Shown: in pieces, positions 12,471-24,799 of the stretch
Position numbering within the stretch: position 1 is the stretch's first letter
Layout: every line of letters begins with the position of its first letter
Program-made: the position numbers and the translations under genes
Notes under the pieces: generated by a model
Told to the model about the DNA's origin: nothing
What the model saw: only the letters and a program-made list of their open reading frames with translations
Database searches by the model: none
From: the human T2T-CHM13v2.0 reference genome, Homo sapiens
DNA length: 64,000 nucleotides
Strand: one strand, 5' to 3'
Assembly: GCF_009914755.1 (NCBI RefSeq)
Contig: NC_060944.1

Positions 12471-13214
12471 TTGTCCATGTGTGCTACTGTTACCTGCAGG
12501 GCAGCCATCCTGTGGTGTTAGTTAACTACAGGACCATTGATTAAATGACTCAAGAGCTTGGGGGTAGGATTGTTATCGTCTAAAAGACAAGGAAAATGAC
12601 ATGTTTCTGGATGAACGTCTTCTCCATTTCCCCTTAAAATTGATCAGAGGAAGCATTTGTCATCCGATCCGCAAGTTCCCCAGAGAATAATCTTTGGTTG
12701 GTTTAACCACATGGAAAACCAGGCAAACTATATCTTCCAAGCATGGTTACAGAAAAATTCTAAAGCTGATCTAACCAGCAGTCACTTTGGCCATATAAAA
12801 AGTAAAATAAAGCTCAACAAATTCATAAATAGAAAGTCCAATTTTGGAAAGTCAACTTCTTCCAAAAGTAACTAACTGCAGAGTGCACACTTGAATAGGT
12901 GGTTAGTTTCATAGGGATGTTAAATATGCAGAGCTTGAAGGAAGGTGGGTAGAGATGGAGTGGTTTGACAAACCAAAGACTTTGGCTATAAATGATTGCT
13001 CTGTAGCCCTTTATCCTTATAATAACCTGTATAGGTGGTAATAATAAAACCTTGCCATCTGGAGATAATAGAATGCTAATCCTTTTATATTTACATTACC
13101 ACCAAACGGCATGCACTCAGTCTAGCCAAGTATTTATGTAATATTACTAAATTGAATAAGCACCTAGGAGATGTTTCCCCAGTAAATATAGGTGGATCAC
13201 AAGCATAAAGTAGA

Positions 13215-13888
13215 CATGTGGAGCAATTAGAACCCTCACACGCTGCTGTTGAAAATGTAAAATAGGGCAGCTACTGGAAAACTATTTGGGAGTTATTAAA
13301 AAATTTAAACATAGAGTTAAATTTGACCCAGTAATTCTACACCTGGGTATATCCCCAAGAGAAATTAAAACACACATGCATGCAAAAAAACGTTGTGCAT
13401 GCATGTTTAAAACACCATTATTCATTATTGAAAAAAAAACACCCTGGAAATGACTCAAATATCCATGAACTAATGAATGGATAAACAAAATGGTACTTCT
13501 ACACAATGAAATATTATTCAATAATAAAAAGGTGTGAAGTATTGACATACGCTACAAAATGAATGAGCCTTGAAAGTATTATGCTGAATGAAAGAAGGCA
13601 ATCACAAAAGATCACATATTGTATGATTCTAAATATGCGACAATTCCAGAATAGGCAAATCTATGGAGATAGAAGTAAAGTAGTGAATGCCTAGGGCTGA
13701 GGAGAGGGTGGAGTAGGGAGTGAATACTAATGGGTAAGAAGTTTATTTTTGAAGTGATAAAAATATTCTAAACTTACATCGTGGTGATGATTGTACGACT
13801 CTGTGAATGTACTGAAACCATTGAGCCGTACACTTTGGATTAATTCTGTGGTATGTAAATTATATATCAATAAAGATTTAAAAAGAAA
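13215..13888 (+). mobile_element. L1MB-like 3' end
   Basis: GACCCAGTAATTCTACACCTGGGTATATCCCCAAGAGAA..ATGGATAAACAAAATGG..ATCAATAAAG plus A tail. Confidence 0.88.
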
Positions 13889-13992
13889 GGATTAACTAGG
13901 TAGTTTGGTGGAGACTAGGGAGGGAAACATTACCCTAAAAGTAGCTATTGGGATGAATCACAGATGGAATATCCAGGCCAATAAACTCCAGA

Positions 13993-14209
13993 GCAGTGCC
14001 TCCCATCTGGGAGTGACGCTGCCCACCAGGGGACATTTGGCAGTGTCTGGAGACATTTGTGTTATCACACGAGAGAGGGTTTCTGCTGGCACCTAGTGTG
14101 TGGAGGCCAAGGATGCTGCTAAATAATCCTACAATGCACACAGGACAGCTCCCAACAACAAAGGCTTCTCAGCCCAAGATGTCAACAGTGCTGAAGTTGA
14201 GAAACCCTG
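13993..14209 (+). mobile_element. MER20 hAT DNA transposon
   Basis: CAGTG..CCAGGGGACATTTGGCAGTGTCTGGAGACATTT..GGATGCTGCTAAATA..GTTGAGAAACCCTG. Confidence 0.9.
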
Positions 14210-15399
14210 CTTAAGGTGAAAGGAGTTAGGCAAAGCACCTGCTTCATAGGGTTGTTCTTCTCACCTCCACCCCACCAAAGGAGTCTGGGTTAAGTAGAGG
14301 TAGGAAGCTGTCACCTAATGTATCATTTATACTAAGAATTTCACAGTCTAACTGTCTACAGTCTGATTTTTAGAGTTGCTTACCACCCGGGGTCTGCCTT
14401 GTTAGAAATTGACCACCATTTGATCAGTTTCCAAGAGCTGGTAGTTTAGAAATAAATAGAAAATAGTTTATTATTCATCTGCTCCAACCAGCGTGTTCTG
14501 TGTTTAGTGCATCTTTCATACATTCTCAGTAACAAAGAAAAGTTATTGGTCATTTATTGCTAAAGACTGGAAAATAAATCTGTAATAGTTTACAAATAAT
14601 CAGAATCCACTGTCTCTGTGTTATTTCTGAATCCAACTTCACAAGATCATAAGAAATTGGCAAAGTGGAGGAAGGGATTTTTAGCCATTAGGTAGACCAG
14701 AAATATTTATTTGATAGAAAATCTATACTGAAGCCAATAAAAACACATGGCAGCTGGAAGACATCTCATAGTACTTCTAGAGATACTTTATAATTAGCCA
14801 CACTTAGAGACAAGCCAAGCAGCCAGTCAATCAAGCAAATTAGTGGCAAGGAATTTGGGAAAAGGATATGTTATAAAACTGGGCACATAACAAGCTCATG
14901 CAGAGAATTCTCCCAGAACTTGAGAACATTAAATTGAACTCAGTTTGCCTGTCAAATATAAATAAATTGCCAGGGGGTCAGGAGGTTTGGTTCACTTATC
15001 TCCTAGAAACTTTAGGATCTCATTTTCTTTATGGTTAAAATAAAAGGGTTGAAGTAAATGAGCAGCTCTCAAAATTAGTGGAGCTTATTAAATATGTCCA
15101 GATTTTCAAATGGAATTCCTAGGAAGTCTGAATCCACTGGTCTGGAATCAGGCATAGGCACCCATGCTTCAAGTTATGAATGATTTTCATGTACATCCTG
15201 GTTGAGGAATAACAGGACATAGTCATCATATTGATCCTGGATGCTTTACCTACCCAGAGGTCCAGGGCTTAGCATAGTGAGGCAGGAATAGTCCCCTGCA
15301 GGTAAATCATAAAGGAAAATTAAAGAAATCTGCCAGGGAAGATGAGGGCCTGGCATAGAGGGTGCTAAGGGGAGGGAGGATTCCCGAGTGCTGGATGCT

Positions 15400-15413
15400 G
15401 TTGCTATGGCAAC
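15400..15413. promoter_or_regulatory. RFX X-box, near-palindromic
   Basis: GTTGCTATGGCAAC, one base from GTTGCCATGGCAAC. GC box GGGGCGG about 50 bp downstream. Function is inferred. Confidence 0.55.
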
Positions 15414-16109
15414 CCCATCTTTTCCCAGCATGTGTTCTGAAAGGCTGCCTGTGCTGTGCGGGGCGGTGGGTGGGGGAGGCTCCAGGTCTGACGGGATGCA
15501 CATTGTTCATGTCATAAATTTGGAGATGAGGACTTGTGAATAGAGCAGGATAATCAAATAAAAGCACGTCTTAATATTAAGAACCAACAGCATTTCTTAG
15601 TAATCTTAAATGTTTGGATGTTTGGTTCATGTTCGTTGCAGGTAACCCAAATAGAAACCTGTTTTCTACTTTGATTTGTTTTCTAGAGATTTTTCTGAGT
15701 TTGAAACTTTAATGCTTCTCTCCACCCCAAGCCCCCACCTCACGGAGGTTCATTGTATCCTTATTTAGAAGAACAACAAAAATGACCCAAAAAGTTTAAA
15801 CTAATTGGAGTGAAGCAGCATGCCTGCCCTCATAGTGAGCCTCAGGAGGACAGACTCCTCTTCCACTCTGAGTCAGTCCTTCTGCATCATTTGCTTTCCC
15901 CTCATGCTCCTTGTAAGATGGCAATGACAGGAAGGGAGGAAATTAGCTGTGGAATGGAATACTAAGTGTGGGGAATGAAGGTCCCTGGGAGATCCTGACC
16001 TACTCAGAGTTGTTTCCTCACTGATGGATCAGCAGTACAAGGTGATGGGCAGGAGGATGTCTGAAATGCACATTGCAGTCACAGCTTCTCTACTGACCCA
16101 TGAAGTCTA

Positions 16110-16360
16110 GTGTTTATTAGAGCCTGCATTATACTGAATGCTGAACTCAGCATTTTACATGAATTACTTGTTTAGTCCTCAGAAAAACCCTCTGGTTTAT
16201 GTTCTATTTTTTATCCCATTTTACAGAAGGAATGTTGAGATTTAGAGGGTTGAAATTTAGAGGGTTTCCATGACTTGTTCGAGATCTCGCTGCTAAGTGT
16301 GTGATATAACAGGCCCAGACACGTGTCTGTCAAAGCCTCTGTTCTTGACTACCACTGTCT
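16110..16360 (-). mobile_element. MIR SINE
   Basis: TTATCCCATTTTACAGA..TGACTTGTTCGAGATC core. Confidence 0.7.
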
Positions 16361-16741
16361 TCTAATGAGCCACACAGTTTTTCTTGTGTCTACATGAAAG
16401 GGTTGGCTTAGACAATGGCATCTTGGAGTAGGTGTCACTTGAAATAAGTTTGGGGAGTACACAGGGAAATAAATTAAATATTTTTTACAGGACTTCTCAA
16501 AGCCTATATATTATGCTGATATGTACTGATAAAACATTCATCCATTTCTCACATTTATTTGATCTTGGAATAGTTTGCTCTCATCTTACAGGACTATTGT
16601 TGAACACAACTCACTTTAGGAAATACAGAATTTGGTGATTTTTAAGAGTCCGATTAGTATTAAAGTAAAGGCTCTTCTTTCTCTGCTCATTCTGGCTGTG
16701 TTCTTAATCTGTCAAGCTTTCTCTATCCTTATCCCCTCACC

Positions 16742-18590
16742 TTTTTTTTATGACAACTTTATGAGGTACTTTTTGGTAATAGCCATTCTTACATGTGTGA
16801 AGTGACATCTCATTATGGTTTTGATTTGTATTCCCTGATGGTTAGTGGTGTTGAGCATTTTTCCATATGTCTACTGGACATTTCTATGTCTCTCCCACCC
16901 CAATGTCCCAAAATAGACATTTTGAGGAATGTCTATTTAGGAACTTTGCCAATTTAAAAATTTTTTGTGCTGTTCTATTGTTATAGTCCCTGACATATTG
17001 TGGATATTAAACCTTTATCAGATGTATGTATGGTTTGCCAATATTTTCTCTTACTCTGTAGGTTGTCTCTTCACTCTGTTGATTGTTTCTTTTGCTGTGC
17101 AGAAGCTTTTTAGTTTGATGCAATCTAATTTGTATATTTTTGCTTTTTTTCCTGGGCTTTGGGGTCACGTCCAAAATCATCATTGCTGAGACCAATGCTA
17201 AGAAAGTTTTTCATGTTTTTTCTTCTAGTAGTTTTATAGTAGTTTCAGGTCTTACATTTAAATCTTTTTAAGTTGATTTTTTATATGGGGTGACATGAAG
17301 TTTAAATTCCATTCTTCTGCATGTGGATGTCCTAGTTTGCCCAACACCATTTATTAAAACTCTTTCCCTCATTGTATATTCTTGGCACCTTTACCAATGA
17401 TCAATTGACTGTAAAGGCATGGCCTTATTTTGGGCCTTCTATTCTATTCTATTGGCCTATATGTCTGCTTTGTTCCAGTACCATGCTGCTTTGATTAGTA
17501 TAGCTTTGTAGTGCATTTTGAAGTCAAACAGTGTGAGGCCTCCAGCTTTGTTCTTATTCCTACAGATTGCTTCAGCTATTATGGATTGTTTCTGGTTCCA
17601 AACAAATTTTAGGATTTTTTTTATTTAATTTCTATGAAAAATGTTATTTGAATTTTCTTAGGGATTGCATTGATTCCATAGATCACTTTGTACTATGGAC
17701 ATTTCAATAATATTGATTTTTCTGATCCATGAACAAGGCATGTATTTCCATTTATTTGTGTCTCCAACTTATTTCATTTTTTTTTTTTTACAGTTTCAGT
17801 ACACAGGTCTGTATATTGGCTAAAGTTATTTCTAAGTTTTTTTTGGATGCAACTATAAATGGAATTGATTTTTTAAATTTCTTTTTTCAAGTAATTCATT
17901 GTTTATAGAAAGTCCATTTCACATACACACACATGTGCACACACACATACATACACATACATTGTGTATTGAAACTTTGTTGTATATAGACAGCTCATTC
18001 GTGTATAGAAAGGCAACTTATTTTTGTATGTTGATTTTGTATCCTGCAACTTTACTGAATTCATTCATTAGTTCTACTGATTTTTGGTGGACTCTTAGGG
18101 GGTTTCTATGTATAAGATCATGTCATCTTCAAACAAAGACAATTTTGTTTCTCCCTTTCTGAATTAAATGCCTTTTATTTCTTTTTCTAGCCTGAATACT
18201 CTAGCTAGAACTTCCAGTGCTATGTTGAATAGAAGTGGTGGGCCTGGAGCTCAGGACCATGGGGGCCAGCCTCACATTCACTGGGGACAGGCCTGTGCTG
18301 GGGTCCATGGTGAAGTCAGGTGCTCACTCTACCCCCATGAAGAAGGCATCTCCTTGTGCTCTGCTGCATGAGCTTGAGAGAGAGGTGATGTGGGTAACAT
18401 GAAACCATCCTTCCTACCCTCTTCAAAGCATCCTTCCTCATTTGTGCTCCGCCAAGGTGTTTTAATCTCTCACCTGAATTCCTTAGCTCTCCCGAAGGTA
18501 TTTTAACTGTGAATGGTTGTTTAAATGGATGTTTTTGTGAGGGAATAAGCTCTGGAAACTCCTATTTCACAATGTTGGTAACATCACTTC
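16742..18590 (-). mobile_element. L1MA-like element retaining both termini with large internal deletions
   Basis: T-run plus terminal motif (16742-16768), ORF2 3' half (16770-18240), and 5'UTR-like sequence ending in a decayed GAGTGACGTCAGCAAGATGGCGGAATAGG start (18241-18590). Confidence 0.75.
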
Positions 18591-20843
18591 TGTCCCTCCA
18601 GTTTTAAAGTCAGTATTCTGACTTCTGATCAAATTGAGATTTATTCCTGGGGAGGGTCAAATGTCACATGGTTTCTCAGTTGTTTTACCAGCCAATAAGA
18701 AGCTTTTCGTATTGAATTAATTTCCAGGCCTTTTTTTTTCATTTTCCTTTCAATTTCACTAACACAAAATAATGTACAACCCAGACCGCACCAGACATGT
18801 AAGTGAATTTGGCATGAGAGCTGTCATTTTGCCTGTCACTGTGACAGGTAGTTCATCAATACTCTGACCTGCAGAGGGTAAATCTAAAGCTTCCAATTTG
18901 AGGGAATTAGGGAATGTTCATCATCATTAGCAATAGTAAAGAAATTGGAGATAATTCACTGAATTCTTAAAAAAGATGCTTAGCATTTCACAGATATTTA
19001 TGTAAAGATAATTAATTGTGCACTCTCCTTTTCTTTGTAGAGAAACAAGAATTTGAGAATCTGTGTCATTCTGATGAGCTGTGTGGCCTGGAGAATGTTC
19101 CTCAATTAATTCAAGAATTATCTGTGGGCTTCTATTTTGGAATCAGCACTTTGCTAGATCCTGGGGAGATGGAAACAATAAAGTAGTCCCAGCTACCAAG
19201 GAGTTCAGGTCTAATGTCTTCACATTATTAATTTTCATCTCACCATTTACAGTTTCTAGTTTTCTAGAGAGAAATGAATACAGAGGAGGTTTTACTTACC
19301 AAGTTTTCTTTTATGACAGAGCCAAATGTTTAGAGATCATTTAAACTAATACTATTAAATATCTCCTCCAGTAAGTCTGATAAAACTGATCCCTTTGAAA
19401 ATAGTTTTGTCAAAAATGTCTTATTTTGATGTTGTATAGTAATATCAATATCTTCAACAGCCTTTGGCATGAATTAGCTTATGTCAATCCCCAGATAACC
19501 TGGTCCTAGGTAGCGCAGGTGTTACAATTACAAACCAGTGGGTATCTTAGAAAAATCTCCGAAGAGATAGAGGGAACTTTTCTAATGCTGGTTGAAGGAT
19601 TGCACCTTACAGCTCTACAGCACCGGGAGGTAGCTGTGATCATCTCCACATGACAAAGATAAATGGTGTGTTTTGCCTAGGATCACATAGCAGGTTAGTG
19701 CTAGAGTAAAGCAAGAATTTATCACTGGAAATGAAGCAAAATATTAATATAAATTTGCTGCTCTGGGGTAGGATGGAATCAAACACCGTAAAAATAGAGG
19801 GCATGAATCAACATTAGAGGAGCCAACCCCACACCCAGAAAGGAGTGAATCTGCGTGGGCTGACCCCCTGGTTATTCCCCCACCACATTCCACCAGGCCT
19901 TCAGAGAGTGCCTCAGAGAGTGCCTGTCTGGCTTTCAAGGTGCCAGAAACCATGCTTGTTCCCCTTTTAGATTTTGACTTTTAGGCAGCATGTGGCTAGA
20001 CAGAGCACTCATGCAGAACCAAGGGAAACTAAAAGGGGTCGACTGTGCCATGAATTATATGCGGCATTAAGGGAGGTTCATCTCCAGTGTTTTAGTTCCA
20101 GATATCTCTACTTAACCATTTTCATTGTATTATTCTTTACTTTATTAATTCACTCACTTCACTCCCTTATTTATTTACTTTTTCATTCATTCATTTACTC
20201 ATTTATCCACTGTCTCCTTATTTTTGAATTCCCATATATACATAGCAAGAATAACTTCAGTATTAGTATAATGAATCAAGTTGCCTAATATTGCTCCATT
20301 TGTCAACTAACTAAAATTTTTCCACCGTGGGTCTTTTGGCTGTTACACAATATTTTTGAAAGGTTGAGGATATTTATTTTGAATGTGAACTCTAAAATTT
20401 AAATATATATGTTTTATCTGAGGTTTTCTCAGATTTAAACTATATCTTTTTCCCACACTGTCTGTTTCACTTGAACATTTAGATATCTTGAAATTGGCTT
20501 CCATTGGTTTTATTATTAGTTCTGCTTCCACACTTAAAAAATATCCTGAGCTGCTGGCTCTAATATGGTTGCGCCCCAAATATATTCTAGTTATTTGGAA
20601 GAATGTTGGTCAAAACTCAGACATCAAGGCAGTAGGTGACTTCAAAAGAAGCCAGCCAGTGAGCCGTTAGAGCACCTTTTCCCATTAAAAGCATATTGCT
20701 TGTTCCTAATCAAATTACCGTAGGCTTGTCAGGTTGTTTCTTTCACACAACTGTTTCTAGTATTTTCTTATGAATGATGTTAAGCTGGCTAGCATGTAAT
20801 TAGTTACTCCAGCTTATATTCTGGTTTAAAGTAATGATATTTC

Positions 20844-21218
20844 TTTTATATATATATATATATTTTATTATACTTTAAATTCTAGGGTACATGTGCACAA
20901 CGTGCAGGTTTGTTACATATGTATACATGTGCCATGTTGGTGTGCTGCACCCATTGGCACATATACACCATGGAATACTATGCAGCCATAAAAAAGGATG
21001 AGTTCATGTCCTTTGTAGGGACATGGATGAAGCTGGAAACCATCATTCTCAGCAAACTATCACAAGGACGAAAAACCAAACACTGCATGTTCTCACTCAT
21101 AGGTAGGAATTGAACAATGAGAACACTTGGACACAGGAAGGAGAACATCACACACCGGGGCCTGTTGTGGGGTTGGGGGAGGGGGGAGGGATAGCATTAG
21201 GAGATATACCTAATGTAG
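20844..21218 (-). mobile_element. Young L1PA (PA3-PA5-like) 3' fragment with 5' inversion (twin priming)
   Basis: Minus-strand 3' end (20844-20955) fused to a plus-strand upstream L1 segment (20956-21217). 14-bp TSD AGTAATGATATTTC at 20830-20843 and 21219-21232. Confidence 0.95.
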
Positions 21219-21619
21219 AGTAATGATATTTCAAAAATTTTAGAGCCAGATAGTGTCTGTTATGAGACACATGGTTATTTAGCATTCGGGCTGCAAGACT
21301 GTGTTTTCTTCATCATCCTTGGTTCTCTAGAACCCAGCAAGTGCTGTGAATATAGTGCACACACACTTATGATGGAAAAATTATATTATTTTCATCATAT
21401 TTTAGTTCTGTGATGTCATTTTCTTTGTCCCCTGGCTCTCACCATAATGGAGGTGAACTCCAAGATTTGCTTCAGGTGTGTTAGTCTGGCTTTGCCTCTC
21501 AAAATGTCTTCTACACCTTCCCGCTGGCCCCATTTCCAATCCTGGGACCCCAGTAGCCATCTTATAGTTTCCTTCTAGGAGGGAAGGATATGGATGAACA
21601 GCTACAAGGTTATGTATGG

Positions 21620-21790
21620 TATCTCATTTTATCTTCCCAGCTGGTGCTTAGAAATAAGTCCCCTTATTGCCTTTTTACAGATGAGGAAACCACAGAGCTG
21701 AAGGAGCTGGCCTGATTTGACTCCAATAGGAAGTGGGAGACCCAGGGTCTCAGTACAGTTGTCTGACTCTGAAACTTATGCTCTTTATTT
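21620..21790 (-). mobile_element. MIR SINE
   Basis: TTTTACAGATGAGGAAAC core. Confidence 0.7.
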
Positions 21791-22249
21791 TACATAATTC
21801 TGCCTCATTTTCCAAGGATAACTTCTTCAATTTTAGAGATCAGAAGCTAGCTTTCTCTGTTCCTTTACTTCCAAACCTCTAACACTGCCACTGCTAATAA
21901 ATTTCTTTCTCCAATCTCTTTATCTAGATCTACCAGACTTGTTCCTTGAGCCCCCATACCCATGTAAGTTGCTGGCTGAATATCCCACCTCTACCCAACC
22001 TCTTCTGCCTGTTGCCTCCTCCCATCTACCTTCCATTCTGTCCAACAGTCCATTGCTTTTCCTACCAGAGGTGAAGGCTACTCTCTACATCTAGTCATGC
22101 TGAAGGCAAAAGTTGCCTCAAAGAACTTCCAAAACTGGATAAAGAGACAAGGATGCTATATACAGAAAGTTAAAATATGATTCAAGATCTCAACTGTCAT
22201 TGAAGATTATCATGTGAGAATGACCACGTGAATAGGTATGATAACTATC

Positions 22250-22450
22250 TTTTGAATGGACCATTTGTGCTATGGAAGGTGGTCAGGGAAGAACACCTGG
22301 AGGAAAAAAATTTAGCTGGACTGTGGAGGAATACAGGACCAAAATAGGCAGAGGACAGTGTCAGGGGCATGCCAGTCAGGGACAATGGCAGGAGGAAATG
22401 TGCCAAGGCCCAGGTGAACACAGCGAGTTCAAAGAATGAGTGGGGAGCTT
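22250..22450. mobile_element. L2 fragment
   Basis: GGTGGTCAGGGAAG..GGCATGCCAGTCAGGGACAATGGCAG..TGCCAAGGCCCAGG pattern. Confidence 0.5.
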
Positions 22451-23149
22451 GAGTCAAAAGAGCTTCAGGATCTTACTATGGGAAATGATGCTTTCTTTTG
22501 AAGAACAGACTTAAAGACCATTGAGGTTTCAAGGATAATGTTCTGTTTTATTATTTTCATTATTCAGTTCAATCTTTTTTTGCAGATTGTTTAGAACATT
22601 GCTTTAGCATCTCAGAGGACAGATAAATTTAGAAACTATGATTTAAATGCTGACTTAGGTATTTATCTGGTTCTGTAGAAATGTACCTTGCATTTCTGTA
22701 ACAATTATTATTTTTCCTTCAATTATCTGTAGTTTCAGCTTTGCCTCTGCTGATTCTTTTTTAGCAATGACTGAGTTGTATATATTAAAATGAAATTCTT
22801 CTCTGTCCTTTTGTAATAAATTCAGCTGCAGCCTGAGTATTCTAACTGAATAGCCTGACTGTAGCTGTGACCTGACTTCATTTTTGAGGCTGTCAAAAGT
22901 AATTAGGGACAGACAGATTTTCCCACTCAGCATCTGGAAATGCAAAGATACGGAGAAGGAGTTTCAAGTATCATTAACATCTCCTTTCTGCCTGCTTTTT
23001 ATATCTCCATGTGAAATAGTCTATTTCACAGTTGGCAAGATCTATTATGGGAGCTGTCCTTCCCCCTATGGAGCATCAGATTTTCCCTCGATTGGGAAGA
23101 AGGAAATGGGTGCACATCTTTAGAAAATAGGATGGGTTTTTTTGTCACA

Positions 23150-23310
23150 TTGGCCTGCCACTGAAAGCTGTGTGACACTGGGCAATTTGCTCATTCTTGC
23201 CTGTGTTAGTTTCCTCATCAGGGATTAGTTACTTCTATAGATTTTGTGAGGATCCCATGAAGTAACACATGTAAAACAACTTGCAAAGTAATAGTTTCCT
23301 TTAATAAATT
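23150..23310 (+). mobile_element. MIR SINE
   Basis: AGCTGTGTGACACTGGGCAA..AGTTTCCTCATC core. Confidence 0.7.
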
Positions 23311-24159
23311 GGACAGAAATTGTATTTCAGAAAGACTTCTTTGCCCCCAGGAACAATATGATTAGGAGTAGCAATATTTTTGGATGAGAAGAGGTGAGAC
23401 ACAGAATGTCAGAAAAGTGAAAAGGTATATGGGTCACTGTTGGAAACTATCTTTCATTCAATAATAAAGTCAAAGTATATTTAAATTTTTTATTTTTTAA
23501 TGATTTAAATCTTACAGAAAAGTTGAAATTTGCAGTGCACCTCAAAACTCAATCAGGTAAGGGTAAAAGATGAAAAAGGAGGCTGAGGACAAAGATTATC
23601 TTTTGTGAATTCACAAATTTGCCAAGGGCTGTTCCTTCTCACCATCCTCTTCTTCAATTACTTTGCAGACATTTATTGGATAAATAGCCATACATTTGCA
23701 GGACAGTTTTGGCTAGTGGAATCCAGCAATGCACGCTCAGCTAAGCTTTGCCTCTGGGGTGCAAGATAATCCAGCTTCTCAGGATTTAAGATGGACTCTT
23801 TTAATCACAAATCCCTTTTTGTTGAAAAGGACTTAATAACAAAGCTATTCCTCCCTGTAAAACCCAACTAACTGGGCTAACCTCAGGCTAACACTATTAA
23901 CTGTATTTTCTTTAGGGGCATTCCATTTTTAGAAGAAGGGACCAAATGACAAGAAGAAAGTTTAAGTTATTCTAAATGGCATTTGATTACAAGGACTCTT
24001 CATCTGAGAGTCATGATGTCTCATGGACTCATGTAATCAAACACAAAAAATTTTTGGTTACTGATATAACCCTATACAAGATAAATCAGTGTAAATTGAG
24101 CCATGAAGTACATAAAGGAGTATTTAGTTTTGGCAGGAAGCAGCATCGGATAAGACACA

Positions 24160-24252
24160 CCTCAGCCAATGGAAAAAGTGGTTGCCATGGTGACACTGGC
24201 CAAGATTGGCAGATGTCAATCATCAGGGTAAGCTGATGGTTACCAGGGCTGC
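24160..24252 (+). promoter_or_regulatory. Candidate promoter/first-exon module: CCAAT, RFX X-box, reverse CCAAT, 5' splice site
   Basis: CCAAT 24166-24170; GTTGCCATGGTGAC 24181-24194; ATTGG 24205-24209; AGG|GTAAGC with GT at 24228. All in non-repetitive sequence. Function is inferred. Confidence 0.4.
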
Positions 24253-24715
24253 AAAGAGAGCTCACAGTGAGGAAATCCCAAGGTCTTAGGAGGATTCTGG
24301 GAGGTTGACATCTAGACAGAGTAACTGATTCATATGCCCTTATATTCTCCCTGTCTCAAAATTACCTTTATTTTATTCTGCATCTAAAAACCCTTGAAAG
24401 TTAAAGGTACATTTCCAGTTTGGCTGGACCCACCATCATGTGTCCGGACTGATCTTTTTTTCCTTTACCTAGAAAGATCTGCAAACGTTGTCCAAGAGAG
24501 ACAGTCCTGTCTTCTGGGAGGATTTGAAGCCAGTTAGGGGCTCTGTATTTCTGAATTGGATTAAATGCCACCTTCCAAAATAAAGTAGGATAATCAGGTG
24601 TGCTATCACCTTCCATCCCCAAGTCTTCCTCGGTTTGCCTAGAAAATTAGAAACAGCTGAGGCTGTGGTGGTGAAAACTGAAAAATAAGCCCATTTATAG
24701 AAGACAATGTAGGAT

Positions 24716-24718
<3 letters not shown>

Positions 24719-24763
<45 letters not shown>
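24719..24763. repeat. (CA)n microsatellite, about 22 units
   Basis: Directly visible. Confidence 0.98.
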
Positions 24764-24765
<2 letters not shown>

Positions 24766-24799
24766 CTCTGTGATTCAGTCTTTAAATTTAAATTCTCTA

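Noticed and set aside
15295-15650. Possible splice donors CAG|GTAAAT (about 15302) and CAG|GTAACC (about 15642)
   Set aside because: Moderate matches with no convincing paired acceptor or reading frame; such words are common.
19901-19924. TCAGAGAGTGCC x2 and similar 9-12 bp doublets (5281, 16240)
   Set aside because: Ordinary slippage micro-duplications with no further structure.
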